A stretch of 64,000 nt of DNA from an uncultured Muribaculaceae bacterium (GCA_964551965.1 CAZKFB010000002.1:1457-65456), one strand, 5' to 3'; shown: positions 8,740 to 18,931, counted from the stretch's first letter. Made by a program: numbers and translations. The notes: a model not told the origin generated them from the sequence alone.

Positions 8740-9483
8740 ATGGGAAGAAGACGTAGGAATAAAATTGAATTAAAATATTTTCAAATAGCTATCGTTGTAA
8801 TATTGCTAATATATATTGCTGGTTATATATTCTTTCCTGATAAAATGGATTATATATTCTTATTTGATGTTAATAATCATTTTACTAATAGACCAAGCAA
8901 TAACATTCCTGAATATAATGGATTATCATATATTATCCTTGATTCTAATACTCCAAACTTTGATGAAGAATTAATAAACACAACATCTTTTGAAAAGTAT
9001 TCTAATCTTGATAAACTAGGAAGATGTGGCGAAGCAATTGCTAATATTGGAATAGATCTAATGCCAACAGAAAAAAGGGGAACAATAGGAAGTGTAAGAC
9101 CATCAGGCTGGCATACGATAAAATATAGTGGAATAGATGGCAATTATTTATACAATAGATGTCATTTAATTGGTTATCAACTTACTGGGGAAAATGCCAA
9201 CAAGAATAATCTTATTACTTGTACTAGAGAGATGAATGCGGGAGCTATGTTAGATTTTGAAAATGAGGTAGCAGAATATATTAAGAGAACAAAAAATCAT
9301 GTACTATATCGAGTTACACCAGTTTTTGATAATAATAACTTACTTGCTAAAGGAGTACAAATGGAAGCTTTATCTGTTGAAGATAATGGAGAAGGTATAA
9401 AATTTAATGTTTTTGTTTATAATGTTCAAAGCGGGATAGAAATTAATTATCTAAATGGAGATAGTAAACAAATAAAAAAATAA
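8740..9483 (+). CDS. Membrane-anchored DNA/RNA non-specific endonuclease (EndA / DNA-entry nuclease-like)
   Basis: N-terminal TM segment. Core motif LGRCG...RPSGWH...YNRCHLIGYQLTGENANKNNLITCTREMN is typical of streptococcal EndA-type nucleases. Confidence 0.8.
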   Translation: MGRRRRNKIELKYFQIAIVVILLIYIAGYIFFPDKMDYIFLFDVNNHFTNRPSNNIPEYNGLSYIILDSNTPNFDEELINTTSFEKYSNLDKLGRCGEAIANIGIDLMPTEKRGTIGSVRPSGWHTIKYSGIDGNYLYNRCHLIGYQLTGENANKNNLITCTREMNAGAMLDFENEVAEYIKRTKNHVLYRVTPVFDNNNLLAKGVQMEALSVEDNGEGIKFNVFVYNVQSGIEINYLNGDSKQIKK

Positions 9484-9498
9484 GGATCATAATAATCC

Positions 9499-10125
9499 TT
9501 ATTTTATTGTTAAAGACTTTATTATCTTTGATAATTCTAATTTTGTTTCTTCTGAAGTTTCTAAGCCTTTATGATTAATTTCTATTAAGTAGTATTTATC
9601 TTTAACTGTGAATATATGATAATAACTTACATCGTTAGCAAAAGTCTTTGTAGGTATTTCTCCGAGAGAATCATCTAGAACTTCATTTGTTGTAATATAA
9701 GTGTTATATTCTTCGTAAGAAACATTGTTGCAAACAATATTAATGCTATTATCATCTTTTAAGAAAATCGTATTAGTACTTGTTCCGTAAATATCTTTTG
9801 GATATTGAAGCCTCAATGAACCGAATTTAAAGGTTTTAATCTTTTCATTTACTTTTTCTGTAGTTGTTGTCGTTGAATTATCTTTTATTTCTGCTTTAGT
9901 TGAATCTTTAAAAATATATATACCAATTACTAATATTGATAGGGCAAAGAATAAACATAAAGTTACAGCAAATTTATTCCTTTTATTATTGTTCTTTCTC
10001 GGATCAGTTATATTATTTAAATAGATCTCTGTTGTCTCTTCTAAAACAGTATCATTGTCAAGTCCACATTTTGGACATACCGAATTATTTTCTTCTAATA
10101 ATGAATTACAACCTTTGCAATACAT
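9499..10125 (-). CDS. Zinc-ribbon membrane protein, function unknown
   Basis: The only convincing minus-strand gene. The ATG at 10125 follows a GAGGTGG Shine-Dalgarno sequence. CxxC...CxxC ribbon (CKGCN...CPKCG), a TM segment and a poly-Thr linker. Shares a bidirectional hairpin (aaggat...atcctt, about 9483-9505) with the nuclease gene. Confidence 0.7.
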   Translation of the reverse strand: MYCKGCNSLLEENNSVCPKCGLDNDTVLEETTEIYLNNITDPRKNNNKRNKFAVTLCLFFALSILVIGIYIFKDSTKAEIKDNSTTTTTEKVNEKIKTFKFGSLRLQYPKDIYGTSTNTIFLKDDNSINIVCNNVSYEEYNTYITTNEVLDDSLGEIPTKTFANDVSYYHIFTVKDKYYLIEINHKGLETSEETKLELSKIIKSLTIK

Positions 10126-10306
10126 TAATACCACCTCATACTATATATATTATATCAATTAACAGATATATAATTCAATATTTTTAGATTAATTATGTGT
10201 TGTTTAGGGTAATATAAAAATAGATGTTTTTGTTGAATTATTTGGTTTAATAATGTTTACATAGATTATTCAAAATGGTATAATTTTAACATAGGATGTG
10301 AATGAT

Positions 10307-13300
10307 ATGAAAAGATACTTTAATAAGATTATAGCAATATCTTTATTGATTGTTGTTTTTGCTGTGTCATTTAATATACGATTAGACTATGATTTGGATA
10401 AACAATTTAGAACAATAGCAAATAGTGATAAAAATGCTGGTTCATGTACTACAGGAGAAGGAACAATATATTATGTTACTGCAACCAATTTAAATATTAG
10501 AAATACAAGTAGTACTAGTGGAACAGTTCTAGGTACATTGAGCAAATGTACTCAAGTTACTGTATATTGTACAAAAAATAATTTTGCTAAAATTAGTAAA
10601 GTATCTGATAAATGGGTATCAAAGAATTATCTGTCAAAATCATCTACAAGTTGTTCTAACATTGGAACAACAAATACTAATAAAGAACCAATTTCATTTG
10701 GGAGTGTTGATTTAAGATACTCTGCTTATGCTAGTGGAGCAAACGATGTTAATCAAATGTATAGAGATAAACCGGGTACAATAATTATGACTCTTAAAGG
10801 CATCAAAAATGTTGCAAGTGATGATCAAAACAATATTAATGTAAAAATTATTCAGGGATCGACAGATGTAACTAATGATTTCGATATTTCGAGAACGGGA
10901 GTTTCTAATGGACAAGCAACATTTACCATTAAAATGAGATCGGGGAAAGTATATCCACAAGGTCAATATAAAGTTGAGTTTAGATATGGTTCTAGTGGAG
11001 CATATGCTTCTAGAACTTTTGATTTAATAGGAAGATATTATCATTTTAACCTTGCTGTTAGAAAAACTCAAGGGCCAGCAACATCACCATCAAATAAATA
11101 TAATACATGGGAAGTTAGTTTAACAAATGTTGAACCAACAAATTCTTCGATATTCGATTATGTACTAAAAATATATGATGAGTGGGGAAATGATTGTACA
11201 GATAAATTCTCGGTTAACAGATATAATAGATACTTTTCCGTAACAAATAAGGTTGGATGGTGGATAGGATTATGGCCAGGAAACTATAGAATGGTTGTTC
11301 AATATAAAAATAATTCATATACAACGGCTAGACCTAATTATCAACAAGTATATAACTTCTCTCTAGGGGCAAGAACTATTGAATTCCAAGAACAAGTAGA
11401 TTTAAGAACTAGTTATCGTTATACGAGATATGAAGAGACAAAACCATATACGATGAGAATTATTGGTAAAAGTGGTTCACAAATTACATTAGAAGAATTA
11501 GCAAGCGATGGCGTTACTTATGAGAAGATTCAAATGTCGGAAGATGAGTTCCTTAATACATATAAAAACTTTAGTTTAAGTGATGTTACTTTTGTTAGTG
11601 GTAGACCGGTAGTAAAATTCAATGCTATTAGTGTCGTTAGATTCTATAACAATATATATTACTATAATGATGGTGTAGGAAATAAGACAGCAACACCGGA
11701 AGAATTAGAAACTCTTTATCCTGGTATAACGGCAGCTATTGAGTTGACCGATATTATTAGTGGAATACGTATTTATACATTTGATACAAATGGATATGTT
11801 CAATACAATGATAAAGGCGAAAAGACCATAAAAAATAAACTTTTACAAGATAAGAATAAACAAATTTTATCCGTTACTGGTGGTCAATTAAATTTCAAAA
11901 TTAACTATTCATATTTATCTGACAATGATAAAAAAGTTATGCCAGTAATTACAAAAAGTGATGGAACTGTTGTCAATGAAAATGATGGGTTCAGAGTTAT
12001 TAGACAGGAATATGAAAGTGGTAGTACTGAAGAATCTACTAACAACACCATGAATTTAACAATTGATTATGATAACACACTTGAAGACTATACAGATACA
12101 TATACAGTTACATATCGCTTTGAGAAAGTTAAAGAGACATATAGCTTTACATTTAGTATTCTAGATGGAGAAATAGATTACTATCTACAAAGTACAAGTG
12201 ATGGACACTTAACGGATCCATTTGATTCATATAATGGAACTCCTCCGGGAAATAAGAGATATGAATGGTACTTAGGCTTTTATATGTCTAAATCAGGAAA
12301 CCTTATGGATACAAAACCTAGTAATTCTATGTCCGTTAAGATTTATACTGAACAGGCTGATTGCACTGATAATTCATCTTTAAGCGCTTGTGAATCAACA
12401 ATATATTTCTATAGACAAAAAGATTATGTTATTCAATTATTAAATTATAAAGAAGGAAATGTAACTTTTAATCTTACATATAATGACATTGCCCAACGAG
12501 CACCTATAACGCTGCCAATAAATGAATTTAAAACTAAGTATGCCGAAGCATATGAACTATTTAAGTATTATCAATTTGATGCAACGACGGGAGACTTATT
12601 AAGCACAAATAAATTTAATGTTAAAGTACAAAAATTACATACTGATACGGAAAATGATATTACATATGTTACATATATTGATGAAAATGGTAAAACTGTA
12701 ACTAATGAAGATGTTATTGATTTCAATAAAAAGTATCCTGAATATTATTACAATAATGCATTAAGATATGTATTTGACGAAAATGACAATATTATAAATG
12801 GACGAATTAGAGGGTCTTTAAGAGAATTAAGAGATGAAAATGGTCAACCTTATGTTGGCGCTGATGTTACTAATCAATTTAATATTTCAATAGATGCTAA
12901 TCCATATAACCTTGAAAGGGCAATTACTGTTTTGCCAAAAATAGAGGTTAAAGCAGGAACTTACTATGCTTATGTTGGATTTGAAGGTGCAATGGGCGTA
13001 GGATATATTAATAATTCTGATGAACCTGTTATTACAAGAGAAAGATTCCCAGAAATGTGGAACCGAAATATTCATATGACAATGATTAGATATAGTGAAC
13101 CACAATATGATGTAGATATTAAAGATCCAAGTACTTCCAATGTTGGAAATGATACAACTACTTTATATGCTAATATCGATAGTACAGCCGAATTTAATAT
13201 TAATCCAAAATACATTTATAATTATGATGGATTTAGTTATCGTGTTGAAAAACTAAATGGTAAAAATTGGGTAAATGTAACTGATAAGTTCAATATAACA

Positions 13301-16300
13301 GCTACATTTAGTAGTGAAAAATCTAATGTTATAGTTAAAACTATTCCTTCAAAAACGGAAGGTGGAAAATATCGTTTAGCAATAGATTATACTAATGATG
13401 GCTTTGGACTTAAAGATGGCACAGCTTATAAAGAATTCGAGGTTAATCCAAAATATTATGGTTTAGTATTTGATACTACTGATGAAATTAAATTTGCTAA
13501 AAACTATTCAGAAAATAAATGCTTTGAAGCTACTGGATACTTTATAAGCCATCCAGAAAATATCCAATTGAAACTTGTTCGTGTTATAAATCAAACTACA
13601 ACTGATGAACTTGTTGCTGATACCGCTAAGAAACGTTTCTTGAAAGATGGTGTAGTAGTATTTAACTATGATGTTTCATATACTGTAGATTCTGAAAATC
13701 CTGATTTATTAGCTTATACAGTTAGATTAACTAATGTAAAAAATGCAGCAATTGAAGGAGAATATCAATTAATTGCAACTTATAAGGAAAATAATAATGA
13801 AACAAATACATCGACGAGAAACTTCAATGTTTCTGGTAATGTATATAATTACACAATCAGTGATGAAGAAAGACCTAGAATAGATTCTAACAATAGATAT
13901 ACTATTCAAAGAGATGTATACGTTTCTCATATTAATGAAGATCGATTAGATGAAATTAAATATACTATTAAAATGTATAATAAAACAATTCGTGATTATG
14001 TTGATGTATCTTCCGTTGATGCCAATAATCGTATGTTTATAATTTCAACAGGAACTCCTGAACTATACAATAAAGAATATAATGGAGATACTTATGAATA
14101 TAAGATAACTCTTTATATTGAAGTTGATCCAACTGTAGCCCCAATAAATGAAGATGCCCAATTCTTTATAGAATTTGAATATGAAGAATCAAAGAGAGAA
14201 TTTAAATTTTCAAGTTTAAATACTTTATTTAATTGGGATGCTAGTTTAAAAATAAATGGTATTTTCCATGATGTAGAAGAAGACATCAATGTTGATAAGT
14301 TCTACTTGAATTTGTCCGATATTACATTAGATGTAACTCTTAATACACCACACGAAAATAATGCTAATTTCAGTATTACAAAGTGTTTCGGGGAAACTTG
14401 TCAACCATCAGTATCTCACGAATATAATGAATTATTCGATGCTACAATTGAAAGAGATCATATTACCCTAAGATATAATAATAAACAGGATGGTATTAAA
14501 TTAACTAAAGGCGATTATTCACTTATCATTTATTATAATGATAGAGATAAGGTTATAATTCCATTTAAAGTAGAAACTGAATTCGTTAGAATAGCATTTA
14601 ATGATGCTGTAATGTATTCTGATATAACTAGTACTAAGACAGTACCAAATCTATTTAAAAATAAACGAGGACATATTCAAATACCTGTAACAGTTTTAGG
14701 TACTTCATATGAAAATACTGTAGTTAAAATAACTGATACTAATGGTAACGGTGATTATTCAAGAGAGTTTAATTACAATGCTACTTCTTATATTAATAAT
14801 CATTTGTTGGATATAACATATAACGCAAATACAGCTGAATATGGAGAGTATTTGATTACTGTTGAATATACTAATGCTGATGGTAATATTGTATCTGATA
14901 GATTCATATTTACATTAAATAAAGCATATTTCAATTTTGAATTAAGTGAACCTAAGTATGAACCTAATCCACCAATAGCTAATGCTGATCCTTATGGAAA
15001 AGTAATTTATACAATTAATACAGAAAATGTCTTTGATGGGTTAAGTGAAGCTGAGAAGCATCGTCAAAAGACTATATTTGCAAGTAATGCTGTAATTACG
15101 AATTCTGATAATGTAGATGTTACAAGTTTCTTTGAGATTGCACCAACAGAAGAATCTCCATTAATCAATTTTGATATTTATTTAAAATACTTAAAGAATC
15201 AAGTTGAGCCTGGATTATATAAACTTCAAATATCATATCGTTTAAATGATTATACGGTTACTCAAACTTCTTACTTTGAAATCAAAGATTATGAGAAGAG
15301 TATTTCAGTTAAAAATGTTGATATTATATCTAATACAGACGATGGAAGAATTCATAATAATACGGGAGGTATTTTCAAGATTAATATTGAAAGTATCTAT
15401 GATGTTTCTGTAGAAGACATCGGTGTTGTTGTTAAAGATTCTAAATCTAATACGGTAAATAATGAATTAAATATTAGTAAGTACTCTAATCATATCGATC
15501 TTGAATTAGTAGCTAAAGAACCTGCTATAGCTAGTGGTAAATATACAGTTACTATAACTTATATAGATCCCGAAACAGGTAAAGTAACTACTAACGAAGA
15601 TATTGAAATAACGATATATGGTAAATATAAAAAGATATTAATTCAAAATATGCAAGCATCATCATCTACAATATACGCTGATGAGTCTAACCAGTACTAT
15701 ACATTTAATTTAGACACAACGAATATTAGTGATGATGAATTATCTAAGATGCAGACTAGAATATATGATATTAATGGAAATATCGTATATAGTACAATTG
15801 CTGAAGATAATGTAACTAATGCCTTTAATGTTAGTAGAACTGATAACGAATATAAGATTGATATTTTAGCATTTAAAGCTCGTGTTGGTGAATACTATGT
15901 AGAATTATTATTAACTAATGAAGATAATGATTATAATGTTTCTAATAGATTATCATTTAGGATAGATAGAACTAAATATAGAGTTCGTTTAAGTGTTGAT
16001 TCTAAAGTAACACCATCTAATATATATAATGATGATGCAAGTGCTTTCTATGATGTTGATAGTGCACTAGTAGATTATAAGTTTACTTCTGATTATACTA
16101 ATGCTGATGCTAAATATTCAATCAAAGTATACAATAAAGGAAAAGAAGTTAAAGAGATTGATAATATTAACTTAGGTAGTTTAGAAGAATGGGGTATGTC
16201 TTATTTAACAAGTAAGGTGAGCATTGATTCTCTAGATGTTGGAGAATATGAAATAGCTATTTGTCTAAATGGATTACCTTATGATGGAAGAACAATAAAT

Positions 16301-16978
16301 GTTTATGAATACATACCAGCGAATATTATTAATATAACAGTAAATAGTGAAATAATTACAAATATATCTACATCTGTTGGAACTAATATCGAATTTGCCG
16401 TATATTTTGATCCAACAAATGCAACTAATAAGAAAGTAAATATTACTTCAAGTGATGAAAGTGTATTTACAGTTAAAGATAATACGATTATTCCTGTTAA
16501 TAAAGGTAATGCTAAATTAATTATTGATCATCCTGATTATCATAGAGAAATTGAAATTACCATTTCTAATCAACTATCAAGTGATATCTATGAAGTTGAT
16601 CATGTTAATAAAACGATATTTGTTAACTCTTTAAATGTTAAAGAATTTACAAAAGAACTTTTAGTAAGTAATTTAAAATATTTATCTAGTGATTATACTA
16701 TTGATAATCAACTAGTTAATAATAAGAATTTAGTGGGTACTGGTTCTACTATTACTAGTGGCGGTATAACTTATACGATAATTGTAATAGGTGATGTAAA
16801 TCGTGATGGAGTCATAGCTTTAAATGATGTTACATATGTATATAGAATTTACAGAAAATCTATTGTAGTTGATAAATATCAAGAAAAAGCTGCTCATATT
16901 AACAATAATCCTAATATTAATTTAAATGATGTAACAACATTATTTAGATTCTATCGAGGAACTTATAATGAAATTTAA
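10307..16978 (+). CDS. Giant surface protein: signal/anchor, SH3b, about 15 divergent Ig-like modules, Big_2, C-terminal dockerin
   Basis: ORF 10298-16978, with a likely ATG at 10307. SH3b-like segment (YYVTATNLNIRNTSSTSGTVLGTL...). Big_2-like segment (about 16312-16570: NITSSDESVFTVKDNTIIPVNKGNAKLII). Dockerin (16790-16960: GDVNRDGVIALNDV...INNNPNINLNDVTTLFRFY). Confidence 0.85.
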   Translation: MKRYFNKIIAISLLIVVFAVSFNIRLDYDLDKQFRTIANSDKNAGSCTTGEGTIYYVTATNLNIRNTSSTSGTVLGTLSKCTQVTVYCTKNNFAKISKVSDKWVSKNYLSKSSTSCSNIGTTNTNKEPISFGSVDLRYSAYASGANDVNQMYRDKPGTIIMTLKGIKNVASDDQNNINVKIIQGSTDVTNDFDISRTGVSNGQATFTIKMRSGKVYPQGQYKVEFRYGSSGAYASRTFDLIGRYYHFNLAVRKTQGPATSPSNKYNTWEVSLTNVEPTNSSIFDYVLKIYDEWGNDCTDKFSVNRYNRYFSVTNKVGWWIGLWPGNYRMVVQYKNNSYTTARPNYQQVYNFSLGARTIEFQEQVDLRTSYRYTRYEETKPYTMRIIGKSGSQITLEELASDGVTYEKIQMSEDEFLNTYKNFSLSDVTFVSGRPVVKFNAISVVRFYNNIYYYNDGVGNKTATPEELETLYPGITAAIELTDIISGIRIYTFDTNGYVQYNDKGEKTIKNKLLQDKNKQILSVTGGQLNFKINYSYLSDNDKKVMPVITKSDGTVVNENDGFRVIRQEYESGSTEESTNNTMNLTIDYDNTLEDYTDTYTVTYRFEKVKETYSFTFSILDGEIDYYLQSTSDGHLTDPFDSYNGTPPGNKRYEWYLGFYMSKSGNLMDTKPSNSMSVKIYTEQADCTDNSSLSACESTIYFYRQKDYVIQLLNYKEGNVTFNLTYNDIAQRAPITLPINEFKTKYAEAYELFKYYQFDATTGDLLSTNKFNVKVQKLHTDTENDITYVTYIDENGKTVTNEDVIDFNKKYPEYYYNNALRYVFDENDNIINGRIRGSLRELRDENGQPYVGADVTNQFNISIDANPYNLERAITVLPKIEVKAGTYYAYVGFEGAMGVGYINNSDEPVITRERFPEMWNRNIHMTMIRYSEPQYDVDIKDPSTSNVGNDTTTLYANIDSTAEFNINPKYIYNYDGFSYRVEKLNGKNWVNVTDKFNITATFSSEKSNVIVKTIPSKTEGGKYRLAIDYTNDGFGLKDGTAYKEFEVNPKYYGLVFDTTDEIKFAKNYSENKCFEATGYFISHPENIQLKLVRVINQTTTDELVADTAKKRFLKDGVVVFNYDVSYTVDSENPDLLAYTVRLTNVKNAAIEGEYQLIATYKENNNETNTSTRNFNVSGNVYNYTISDEERPRIDSNNRYTIQRDVYVSHINEDRLDEIKYTIKMYNKTIRDYVDVSSVDANNRMFIISTGTPELYNKEYNGDTYEYKITLYIEVDPTVAPINEDAQFFIEFEYEESKREFKFSSLNTLFNWDASLKINGIFHDVEEDINVDKFYLNLSDITLDVTLNTPHENNANFSITKCFGETCQPSVSHEYNELFDATIERDHITLRYNNKQDGIKLTKGDYSLIIYYNDRDKVIIPFKVETEFVRIAFNDAVMYSDITSTKTVPNLFKNKRGHIQIPVTVLGTSYENTVVKITDTNGNGDYSREFNYNATSYINNHLLDITYNANTAEYGEYLITVEYTNADGNIVSDRFIFTLNKAYFNFELSEPKYEPNPPIANADPYGKVIYTINTENVFDGLSEAEKHRQKTIFASNAVITNSDNVDVTSFFEIAPTEESPLINFDIYLKYLKNQVEPGLYKLQISYRLNDYTVTQTSYFEIKDYEKSISVKNVDIISNTDDGRIHNNTGGIFKINIESIYDVSVEDIGVVVKDSKSNTVNNELNISKYSNHIDLELVAKEPAIASGKYTVTITYIDPETGKVTTNEDIEITIYGKYKKILIQNMQASSSTIYADESNQYYTFNLDTTNISDDELSKMQTRIYDINGNIVYSTIAEDNVTNAFNVSRTDNEYKIDILAFKARVGEYYVELLLTNEDNDYNVSNRLSFRIDRTKYRVRLSVDSKVTPSNIYNDDASAFYDVDSALVDYKFTSDYTNADAKYSIKVYNKGKEVKEIDNINLGSLEEWGMSYLTSKVSIDSLDVGEYEIAICLNGLPYDGRTINVYEYIPANIINITVNSEIITNISTSVGTNIEFAVYFDPTNATNKKVNITSSDESVFTVKDNTIIPVNKGNAKLIIDHPDYHREIEITISNQLSSDIYEVDHVNKTIFVNSLNVKEFTKELLVSNLKYLSSDYTIDNQLVNNKNLVGTGSTITSGGITYTIIVIGDVNRDGVIALNDVTYVYRIYRKSIVVDKYQEKAAHINNNPNINLNDVTTLFRFYRGTYNEI

Positions 16979-17483
16979 AATTCTATTAGCTCTTTTATTA
17001 CTAATGCCAATAAGTGTTAGTGCAGATAATATAATTAATTTTGACTGCAAAAAAGAAAATGATTTATATGAATGTGATGTTGTAGGCAAAACCAAAGAAT
17101 ATATCAATGCAATTGATTTCAAAGTTTTGCTTCCATCATATGTTGAATCAAGTGAATTTATATTAAAAGAGAACTATCTTGGTTCAGCAGAAAACAATTG
17201 GGTATCAATTGTCTTTGATGAAAAAATAAATGGTGAATTTGAAATAGGTACACTTAAAATAAAATCAAAGAGGGAATTAAAAATAGAAGATATCAAAGTC
17301 GATGAATTAAAAATAGTCAATGAAAATTTAGAAGAAATTGAAATCGACAATAGTGATAAAAAAAGTGTAAATAATGACAAAAGTTTTTCGGTATTAACAA
17401 AAATTTTTGTGGGTTGTGTTATTATCATAATAGGAATATTCATATATTTTATTATGAGTAGAAAGGGTGTATTTAAGAGATGA
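16968..17483 (+). CDS. Small cohesin-like protein with signal peptide and C-terminal TM anchor
   Basis: Its ATG lies inside the last codons of the giant gene (11-nt overlap). Signal peptide, then a beta-rich module of about 110 aa (INAIDFKVLLPSYVESSEFIL...GTLKIKSK pattern), then a C-terminal TM segment. The cohesin assignment rests on pattern only. Confidence 0.5.
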   Translation: MKFKILLALLLLMPISVSADNIINFDCKKENDLYECDVVGKTKEYINAIDFKVLLPSYVESSEFILKENYLGSAENNWVSIVFDEKINGEFEIGTLKIKSKRELKIEDIKVDELKIVNENLEEIEIDNSDKKSVNNDKSFSVLTKIFVGCVIIIIGIFIYFIMSRKGVFKR

Positions 17484-18931
17484 AAAAGAGCAAATTATTA
17501 ATCATTTTAATTGCAACTTTTATGTTTCCAGGAATAGTAAATGCTTCTACATTAACAGTAAGTTGTAATAATGTAACGGTAGGAGAAAGCGCAAGATGTG
17601 TAATTCAAGGCAATTCTTCAGCTTTACAAGATATTGAAGGAAAGATAAGCGTATCTGGACCAGCATCAATTACATCAGTTTCGGCAGGAAGCGGATTTAC
17701 GGCTATGGAAAATGCTGTTTCTCCAAAAAGCGCTTCTTTTGCCTATATTACTGATCGAGATAAGACTGGATCATTCACAATTGCAACTGTTAATATGAGC
17801 ACTGAAGGTACAGGAACTGTTACGATAAGAGTAAATGGAGTTCAAGCAACAGTAAGTGATGGAAGTATTACATCTGAAAGAAGTGCATCATTTCTTGTTA
17901 AAGAAAAACCAACACAACCAACAACAGCACCAACAACAAAACCAACAACGACAAAAACAACAAAAAAACCTAATCCAGTAAAACCTCCAGTAGTAACAAA
18001 TCCAACAACAGCTCCAATTACTAATCCAGTATTGGAACCACTTAAATTAACTAGTGTTACAGTTGATGGATTTGAGGTAACATACAATAATGGAATTTAT
18101 TATGTAACTACGGAATCATTCACAGAAAACGTTACAATTAGTGCAACTTCAACAGAAGGTGTAACTATTACTGGTACGGGAGTAAGAAATTTATCTCCCG
18201 GAAGAAATGCTGTTGAATTAGTACTTAGAAATTTATCAACATCTCAAGTTAATACATATCAACTTATTATTACAAGACCCGACGATACTGCTAATCACGA
18301 TACTAAATTAACAGGTTTAAAAGTTGTTGACCATGGATTTGCATTTAGTCCTGATAAATATGAATATACAATAAAAGTTCCTTATGATGTCGATGAATTA
18401 TATGTAATAGCTGAAACCTTAAATGATGATGTTAACATTGCCGGAGTTGGATTAAAGACTCTAACTAAAGGAAATAATAAAATATATATTAAAGTATCTT
18501 ACGGAAATGATTATTCTACTGACTATGTAATCAATATTAAAAGAAGTTATACAAAAATAATATTGATAATTCTTTCAATAGTTTTAGGAATTGGTTTAAT
18601 TGGTGCAATAGTTTATGCATTGATTAATAGAAAAGCTGCTATGGAAGCAAGAATAGATATAAATAATAGAGCTAGAGCCGAACTTAATAGACAAATGAAT
18701 ACAAATACTTCAAGTATTCAAGTAAATGGTCAAAATGTTGTAGGAGTTGGAAGAAAGACAGTTGTTCCAACTAAGGTTGTCAATGTAAAAACACCTAGTG
18801 CTCAACAAGGACCGGGAATTACGAAAACTGTTGTAACTCAAAATATGAATCCTAATGTTCAAGTTGTTAGAACAACTCCCGATGGATTTGAAAATACAAT
18901 GGTTATTGACAATTTAGAAGATAAAGAATAA
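17480..18931 (+). CDS. Cohesin-like, Thr/Pro linker and 2x cadherin-like beta-sandwich protein with C-terminal TM anchor
   Basis: ATGA overlap with the previous gene. N-terminal module STLTVSCNNVTVGESARCVIQG...IEGKISV...TIATVNMSTEGTGTVTIRV is cohesin-like. Linker PTTAPTTKPTTTKTTKKP. Two PF12733-like repeats (TKLTGLKVVDHGFAFSPDKYEYTIKVP...YVINIKR). TM segment, then a cytoplasmic tail. Confidence 0.6.
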   Translation: MKKSKLLIILIATFMFPGIVNASTLTVSCNNVTVGESARCVIQGNSSALQDIEGKISVSGPASITSVSAGSGFTAMENAVSPKSASFAYITDRDKTGSFTIATVNMSTEGTGTVTIRVNGVQATVSDGSITSERSASFLVKEKPTQPTTAPTTKPTTTKTTKKPNPVKPPVVTNPTTAPITNPVLEPLKLTSVTVDGFEVTYNNGIYYVTTESFTENVTISATSTEGVTITGTGVRNLSPGRNAVELVLRNLSTSQVNTYQLIITRPDDTANHDTKLTGLKVVDHGFAFSPDKYEYTIKVPYDVDELYVIAETLNDDVNIAGVGLKTLTKGNNKIYIKVSYGNDYSTDYVINIKRSYTKIILIILSIVLGIGLIGAIVYALINRKAAMEARIDINNRARAELNRQMNTNTSSIQVNGQNVVGVGRKTVVPTKVVNVKTPSAQQGPGITKTVVTQNMNPNVQVVRTTPDGFENTMVIDNLEDKE

